64,000 nucleotides of DNA from Aerococcaceae bacterium. GTDB lineage: Bacteria; Bacillota; Bacilli; Lactobacillales; Aerococcaceae. Location: positions 1,179 through 65,178 of the forward strand of contig JAUNEB010000003.1 of NCBI GenBank assembly GCA_030525795.1, in the 5' to 3' direction. Of this stretch, positions 58,445 to 64,000 are shown in pieces. A model generated the notes under the pieces. That model had not been told where the DNA came from. It was given only the letters and a program-made list of their open reading frames with translations, and searched no databases. A program made the translations under genes and the position numbers. Positions within the stretch are counted from its first letter, which is position 1. Each line of letters begins with the position of its first letter.

Positions 58445-59650
58445 TTACTGCAAGTTATCAATGATGACTTGACGTTGTTCGTATAATTGAACCTTTTGCG
58501 CTTCAAGCGCTGTTTTTTCTTCTGGCTTTAATTCAGGAGCTGCTAATTTTTGATTCACTTGTGCAATCGCACTATCTGCCACACCTAAGTCTGCCAAAAA
58601 CTGTTGGAGCTTTGGACTTTGGATTTGTGCTTGTATCGCGTTCGCATCCGCCCACAAGGCTTGTTTGTATAGTTGTACCGCTTGCGCTTCTTTGGCTTGC
58701 CAAATAAGCTGACTAATCGATTCCACATTGAGTGTCGCATTCAAAACTTCCGCTTCTGCAATATACCCCTGCTTAACATACGCAACCGCTAATTGTACCA
58801 AGCGCTCATCCGTATCTGCTTCTGCCTTTAACTCGATGACTTTATTAAAATCTTTTTTCAAGTAAGCTAAATCAAAGTGTCCCTTTTGGTAGTCTGGTTT
58901 CAACTTTAGAAACTCCTCCAGGTAAGGAATCGCATTAGTTTCCGTATAGAAAATGGTTCGTTCAATATACGGAAATTCTTGCGGGTAAAACTCTAATGCT
59001 TGCGCAAACTTTTTCTCAGCCAATAATGTCTCTAAATCAGGTTGTTCTGTTTTAGAAGAATGTTGTTCGGTTGAATCAGATTCCGTTTGCGATACAATTA
59101 CCGTTGCTTCCGACGTCGGATGAGCGGGTGGTTGAAGTAATGCTACAACTGTTACAATGCCTAAGAAAGCTGCAACCCCACTTCCTATCCATAACTGGCG
59201 TTTCGTTAGTGGTAATTGGGCAGGTAATTGAGGTAATTTCCATTTCTTCAACCACTGCTTCAACTTATTTTCTGGTTGAACGTACTGTAACTTAATTGGA
59301 TTCTGACGGTAGCTTTCATAATCTGCCGCATACAAGTCTCCCATCTCACTTAACAATTGTTGATATTCTTTCGGAATGACACCATTTGTTTCAGGATAGA
59401 GTTTCTTCAAGCGGTTCTCTAAATAGACTAAGTATTGCGTCCCTTCACCATAACCAAGCGTTAAATCGTCTTTCAACTGCTTTAGATTTTCTTTGAAGAT
59501 AATGACAGTTAAAACAGCCTTGTGTTGCATTTTGGAACATTTTTGTTCCAATTGATCGATTAAATCAACGGCTTCAACGACGCTATATTTTTTTCGTGTG
59601 CTGATTAAGCCTTTAAGTTGTGAGTCTCCCGTATGTAGTTTAATAAACAT
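58445..59650 (-). CDS. Conjugation-region membrane protein with helical C-terminus
   Basis: GGGAGGAGG RBS; central TM helix. Confidence 0.7.
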   Translation of the reverse strand: MFIKLHTGDSQLKGLISTRKKYSVVEAVDLIDQLEQKCSKMQHKAVLTVIIFKENLKQLKDDLTLGYGEGTQYLVYLENRLKKLYPETNGVIPKEYQQLLSEMGDLYAADYESYRQNPIKLQYVQPENKLKQWLKKWKLPQLPAQLPLTKRQLWIGSGVAAFLGIVTVVALLQPPAHPTSEATVIVSQTESDSTEQHSSKTEQPDLETLLAEKKFAQALEFYPQEFPYIERTIFYTETNAIPYLEEFLKLKPDYQKGHFDLAYLKKDFNKVIELKAEADTDERLVQLAVAYVKQGYIAEAEVLNATLNVESISQLIWQAKEAQAVQLYKQALWADANAIQAQIQSPKLQQFLADLGVADSAIAQVNQKLAAPELKPEEKTALEAQKVQLYEQRQVIIDNLQ

Positions 59651-59665
59651 ATACAGCCTCCTCCC

Positions 59666-60031
59666 TTACTGATAACCGCCTCCAGTGATTGCAGATTGGA
59701 CAAAGTGAACAATTGTTGCAGCACTCATGCCAACGGCGTAATAAATACCAATTTTCACATAGTTATCCTTCGTTTTTGACCCCGCGTCTGATCCCATTAC
59801 TAACCCGTAAAGAGAGTTAATCAGCACCATTAAAATCGCAACGCCTGTTAAAGCCATGCGTAAATCACTCGTAAATGAGGATACTAAACTATTGATAAGG
59901 CTACCGATACCTGGAGAAGCAGCTTCTTCTGCCGCTGCATCTTGCGCAAATACAACGGCGTGATGCCACATACTAGACAGCGTTACTGCCAATGATGACG
60001 TGATTAGTTGTTGTTTTAGACTTTTTTTCAT
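59666..60031 (-). CDS. VirB2/TrbC-like pilin-type membrane protein
   Basis: Signal peptide (VFA) plus two hydrophobic helices; near the start of the T4SS genes. Confidence 0.55.
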   Translation of the reverse strand: MKKSLKQQLITSSLAVTLSSMWHHAVVFAQDAAAEEAASPGIGSLINSLVSSFTSDLRMALTGVAILMVLINSLYGLVMGSDAGSKTKDNYVKIGIYYAVGMSAATIVHFVQSAITGGGYQ

Positions 60032-60047
60032 TCGTCCTCTATCCTTT

Positions 60048-60215
60048 CTATTCTTTTTCTGTTGTAAATAATTTGGTATTATCCATCACAAGACGTAAAT
60101 TTTGTTCATAGCGATGTTGTTCGGGATCAATCCCACGTTGCTTGAGGATATGGTTTGCCATTTCCTCCATCGCTTTCATGTCTGCTTTATTGACTTCTAC
60201 TTGGATTTTTGCCAT
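60048..60215 (-). CDS. Small protein (55 aa, MAKIQVEVNKADMKAMEEMANHILKQRGID...), absent from the ORF track
   Basis: AAAGGGGGA RBS, ATG, fills the gap before the pilin-like gene. Confidence 0.7.
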   Translation of the reverse strand: MAKIQVEVNKADMKAMEEMANHILKQRGIDPEQHRYEQNLRLVMDNTKLFTTEKE

Positions 60216-60235
60216 AAAATCCCCCTTTCTTAAAT

Positions 60236-60267
60236 AAAAACAGAAGGCTCTACATAAGAACCTTCTG
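60236..60267 (-). terminator. Intrinsic terminator inside the transfer region
   Basis: AAAAACAGAAGG...CCTTCTG. Confidence 0.65.
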
Positions 60268-60296
60268 AGGTAATTTTTGCCAGCATGGCAAAAACT

Positions 60297-60593
60297 CTAT
60301 TCCGATTGTTTCAATGTGGCTGCTTCCTTTTCAAATTGGTACTGGGTAATCGTTTGTAAAGTCTTCAAATAACCTAAACTGCACCTTAGCCAAGAGCCTC
60401 CCAACACCACCCATAAGATGGTTAAGAAGATAGCTCGCGGATCTACATACGCACATACTGCAGCCATTAGCCAAGAACCCCACATACAATGTAAAGAACT
60501 GCGACAACTTTTATAGAGAAAGATCGCATACTCCTCTAACTTTTCCAATGAAAAGGAGTGTAAATAAGTGTAATCCTTCGATCTGAGTTTCAT
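60297..60593 (-). CDS. Small two-TM membrane protein, paralog of 60967-61263
   Basis: MKLRSKDYTYLHSFSLE...QFEKEAATLKQSE; AAGGAGG RBS. Confidence 0.75.
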   Translation of the reverse strand: MKLRSKDYTYLHSFSLEKLEEYAIFLYKSCRSSLHCMWGSWLMAAVCAYVDPRAIFLTILWVVLGGSWLRCSLGYLKTLQTITQYQFEKEAATLKQSE

Positions 60594-60672
60594 TGTTTCC
60601 CTCCTTCTTGATAAAATAGAGTTGTTCCCTAATAAACAATAGGAACAAATAATGAAAGAAAGGAGTCTATTC

Positions 60673-60870
60673 ATGTTTGATACAATCTTGTGGATCATTT
60701 TGATAATACCTATATTATTTTTGGCGAATATCCTTTTCCAAAAAGTAAAGTTCCAATATCGCTACAATCGCCGTGTGAATCCAGTTGTGCTTTCCATACT
60801 GATTGCTTCAATTCTCGCGATAATGTGGTCCATCTATCAACTGTTAGTACCCCATAACCCTTATCAATAA
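60673..60870 (+). CDS. Small two-TM membrane protein on the opposite strand
   Basis: AAAGGAG RBS before MFDTILW. Confidence 0.65.
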   Translation: MFDTILWIILIIPILFLANILFQKVKFQYRYNRRVNPVVLSILIASILAIMWSIYQLLVPHNPYQ

Positions 60871-60966
60871 TGGGGTATCCCAATCCTCCTATGCCAGTAG
60901 GAGGATTATTTGATTCCCAAAAAGATTTATCAAACGACTTCATTTTTTGCCAGCATGGCAAAAACT

Positions 60967-61263
60967 CTATTCGGATTGTTTCAATGTGGCTGCTTCCTTT
61001 TCGAATTGATAGTTGATAATCGCTCGTAAAGTCTTCAAATCATCTAAACTACAACTTAACAAACCCCCTCCCAATACAACCAATAGGGTGATAAAAAAAA
61101 TATCTCGTGGATATACGTACGCACATATTGCCGCCATTAGCCAAAATACCCACATATAATGTAAAAAGCAGCGACAATCTTTATATAATCTTGTCGCATA
61201 GTCCTTTAACTCTTCTAATGAAAAGGATTCTAGATAGGTGTAATCCTTCAATCTGCGTTTCAT
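60967..61263 (-). CDS. Small two-TM membrane protein, paralog of 60297-60593
   Basis: MKRRLKDYTYLESFSLE...QFEKEAATLKQSE. Confidence 0.75.
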   Translation of the reverse strand: MKRRLKDYTYLESFSLEELKDYATRLYKDCRCFLHYMWVFWLMAAICAYVYPRDIFFITLLVVLGGGLLSCSLDDLKTLRAIINYQFEKEAATLKQSE

Positions 61264-61316
61264 CCCGTTCACTCCTTTCTGAATTTTTGCCAGCATGGCA
61301 AAAATTAGAGAATTAT

Positions 61317-61610
61317 TTATACTTCTTTAGCACGTTCATTCTGTTTATCGTAAAGTTTTCTTAAACCGTCTAACTCTATGAGGTGTTTCAAATAGTCATA
61401 GATTGTAGAAAATTGGAGTACGCTTATCGAAATAGATAGAAAGGCAAGTAATCCTCCTATCATTAAGCGTTCAAGATTGCTCCCTTTGAATAGCCAACAA
61501 TCTACCAAAACAGTTCCTACTGCCAAAAGAGAAAGTCCAGTGAGTACATAGAATAGTCGCACATTGTATCTGAGTTGTTGATGAAATTCATCAAAAGTTG
61601 ATCGTTTCAT
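61317..61610 (-). CDS. Small two-TM membrane protein
   Basis: Same palindrome-RBS-ATGAAACG leader as the 61263 gene. Confidence 0.7.
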   Translation of the reverse strand: MKRSTFDEFHQQLRYNVRLFYVLTGLSLLAVGTVLVDCWLFKGSNLERLMIGGLLAFLSISISVLQFSTIYDYLKHLIELDGLRKLYDKQNERAKEV

Positions 61611-61657
61611 CCCGTTCACTCCTTTCTTAATTTTTGCCAGCATGGCAAAAACTATCT

Positions 61658-64000
61658 CTACGCGTCTTCGCGTTTTTTAGCTAAGTAAATTGCTGCCATA
61701 AAGCTCAATGCAGCTACCAATACGGTGACGATATTTTCTGCCTCACCTGTGTTTGGCAATGTTGGAATATTTGGTGTTGGATTTGGACGTTTAACTACCT
61801 CAAACTGTTGATTTTTATCTTCATAGTTGCGGTGTTCAATAACCGTTTCTTTAGGTGCTTTTTCCAAATCTTCACGGGTTGGATTTTCTTTCTTCGTCAA
61901 CACACGGTTAAAGTCTTCTAAAACGACTAATTTACCATTCAAGTTGTCGGTGTTTTCCAAGAAGACAGGCACAATTTTGTCGCCATTTTCTTCTTTTGCC
62001 TGGAAGTAAAGTGTCTGTGTTGGTACTTTACCGTTAATCAATAATTCTTCACGTTTCGTAACGTCACCAATTGTCGCAACGATTTCATACCATGCACCAG
62101 GTGTCACGTCATAATACTTGAATAAATCTTCAACGGTGTATGGTTGTCCTGCAAACACAACTTTTTGACCGTTGACGTTCGCAAACGTTTCACCTCTTGG
62201 ATTACGAATACGTACGGTTTGCGGTGGGTTGTCAATTTTTGCTTCAACCGCCACAGTTCTGCCATTCGTTGACAACGTTTCAAACGCAACAACGTGTTGT
62301 CCGCGTAATTCACGTGCATCAAATACAAAGGATAATTTTACTTCAAAATCAGTAGCTGTTGCTTGAACGCGTGTAGATGCGGTAACTGGTTTACCTTGAT
62401 ACATTAAATCTTCTTTCGTTTCAACAACTTTCAATAAGCCATCGATGTCGTACCATTTACCGATGATTGCACCCGTAATTTTAACGGTATCAATTAATGT
62501 TGTGACAGATAATGGATCAACTGCTTTTTCGCCATTTTCACCTGTTAAAGTAGTGCCAATTTTTGGATTTTCTTCAATGTTAGAAATGGTTTTCGCAACT
62601 TCTACAATCGCTGTTAATTGATCTTTATACGCTAAATCGAATGTGTAACGAATCGGTGTGACAATATAGCCTTTTGGTGCTTTGATTTCTTCAGCACCAT
62701 ATACAGCTAACGGTAATAATTTAGACCATGCTTCACCGTTTTTATCGGTGACAACCGTATCCACGACTTGGCGGTTTTCATCTAAGATGTTGAAGACTGC
62801 ACCTTCCAATCGACGATCGATTTCATGATCTTTTTTAACGATTTTAATGCGTCCTAATACTTCATCATTTTTGACAATCACTTTTTTCGTGAAGACTGCA
62901 TCGGTTTGATTTTCAGAAGAAAGCGTCACAACGTACACATTATCTGTTTTTAAGAAGCCTTGTGGTGCTTTATGTTCCTTAACCAAATACTCTAATAATG
63001 CCAAGTTATCTAACACGCCATAACCGTTGATGTCTGTAATAATTGTGCCAACAAGGTTATTTTGGTGATAAACGCCAAATTCTGCTTTATCTAATGCGTA
63101 GTTGCTGTTCAACAAGTTTGTACCATGTTGGCGGCTTTGTTTGAATAATTCAATACGTCCTTTTTGAGCAACGTTAGTAAACTCAACATACGTTACTTTA
63201 CCTGCCGTTACCGCAACCGTTTTAGGCTCAGTTGATAACACGTAGCCTTTTGGTGCATTTTTCTCACGAACGATATACGCATTGTTTTCATTCAAGTCAA
63301 CAAAACGTAACTTACCGTCTAAACCAGTTTTTTGAGTCGCAATGATGACATTGTTCAATAACAATTCATACTCCGCATTAGCCAAGACACCACCTTCAGA
63401 AGATAACTTGGTTAATTCGATTGACCCAAGATTTGGAGCAACGTTGATATTTAATAACCCAGATACAGGATCTCTAAATGAAAGTGAACCAAATGTTTGC
63501 GCACCTGGACGCTTGTAAATTAAAGATACTGGGGCTGTAAAAGTTGATAAGTCTTGCTTGAAAGTAACTGCTCCTGAATATGCTTTACTTGCTGTAATTT
63601 TTAGTTTTGTAGCAGAAAGTTTTTCAAACGTTAACCCATTTTGAGTTTCTGGAAGTAACAGTTTTGAAAACACTCCGTTTGTGTCCTCTAAGACAACAGA
63701 TTCTCCTACTTTCAAATTAACAACTGAAGACGTCCAAGAAGGTGTATTTTTATGTGCTGCAATCGCTGCATCTACATTAACTTTCCACGCGTCGTATGCC
63801 GCACGGTTTTCATGAATGTAGCCTTCAGGCAATAAGTTCACACCCAATGTTTCCCAAACATACGCTTGTGTAAATGCAAGGTTTTGGCGTGTTGGCAACG
63901 TAGTGTAGCCAAAGTTGAAAATCTTTTCAATTTTTAGACGTGTATCACGGTTAATATTGATACGTCCCGCATCTAATCCTGGTGTATGCGTTGCGGTGTT
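61658..64000 (-). CDS. LPXTG-anchored adhesin with thioester-domain motif, SpaA/Cna-B and VaFE-like repeats (5' end outside the window)
   Basis: Frame open to the window edge; TQAYVWE, repeated E..APKGY, VVAFE, LPNTG plus TM and basic tail. Confidence 0.88.
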   Translation of the reverse strand, partial: NTATHTPGLDAGRININRDTRLKIEKIFNFGYTTLPTRQNLAFTQAYVWETLGVNLLPEGYIHENRAAYDAWKVNVDAAIAAHKNTPSWTSSVVNLKVGESVVLEDTNGVFSKLLLPETQNGLTFEKLSATKLKITASKAYSGAVTFKQDLSTFTAPVSLIYKRPGAQTFGSLSFRDPVSGLLNINVAPNLGSIELTKLSSEGGVLANAEYELLLNNVIIATQKTGLDGKLRFVDLNENNAYIVREKNAPKGYVLSTEPKTVAVTAGKVTYVEFTNVAQKGRIELFKQSRQHGTNLLNSNYALDKAEFGVYHQNNLVGTIITDINGYGVLDNLALLEYLVKEHKAPQGFLKTDNVYVVTLSSENQTDAVFTKKVIVKNDEVLGRIKIVKKDHEIDRRLEGAVFNILDENRQVVDTVVTDKNGEAWSKLLPLAVYGAEEIKAPKGYIVTPIRYTFDLAYKDQLTAIVEVAKTISNIEENPKIGTTLTGENGEKAVDPLSVTTLIDTVKITGAIIGKWYDIDGLLKVVETKEDLMYQGKPVTASTRVQATATDFEVKLSFVFDARELRGQHVVAFETLSTNGRTVAVEAKIDNPPQTVRIRNPRGETFANVNGQKVVFAGQPYTVEDLFKYYDVTPGAWYEIVATIGDVTKREELLINGKVPTQTLYFQAKEENGDKIVPVFLENTDNLNGKLVVLEDFNRVLTKKENPTREDLEKAPKETVIEHRNYEDKNQQFEVVKRPNPTPNIPTLPNTGEAENIVTVLVAALSFMAAIYLAKKREDA

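Larger units (their letters stand above)
31361..64000. mobile_element. Integrated conjugative element with a terminal ISLre2-family DDE transposase and a pLS20/pWBG749-like conjugation module (continues beyond the window)
   Basis: Transposase, relaxase, oriT, T4SS and coupling-protein genes; element-specific palindrome; candidate end AGTGTGTGTCTGAAATTT 15 bp upstream of the infC -35. Confidence 0.8.

Noticed and set aside
32910-61651. Palindrome or 305-bp repeats as a CRISPR array
   Set aside because: Spacing is irregular (hundreds to thousands of bp), the intervening DNA is whole genes, and no cas genes are present.

Overview
Window from a low-GC Firmicute (Lactobacillales-like, possibly Aerococcaceae). 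Bases 1-31.3 kb are chromosomal backbone: the dnaX-msrA-ebfC-recR-tmk-darA-holB-yabA-rsmI operon, frameshifted prfB-ftsEX, an AT-rich yhfU-T-php-S-Z-Y-X-W plus amidase island, walJ, an L,D-transpeptidase and infC-rpmI-rplT with its L20 leader. From about 31361 to the window end lies an integrated conjugative element. Its end sits 15 bp upstream of the infC -35 box next to an ISLre2-family DDE transposase (TnGBS-like behaviour). It carries a pLS20/pWBG749-like conjugation module: MOBL/MobP2-type relaxase, RHH accessory genes, oriT, VirB1/B2/B4/B6/D4-like genes and a thioester/SpaA LPXTG adhesin. The most striking unexplained structure is non-coding. (i) Four near-identical, strongly self-complementary ~305-bp repeats head unrelated small cargo genes at 35.9-41.3 kb. 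(ii) A 21-bp palindrome TTTTTGCCA-TGC-TGGCAAAAA occurs 15 times, always intergenic, only inside the element and repeatedly at gene-cassette boundaries. (iii) Reusable promoter/operator/RBS modules sit in front of unrelated small genes. Together these suggest a modular, shuffled establishment/anti-defence cassette system. All product calls come from motif recognition by eye; no database searches were run.
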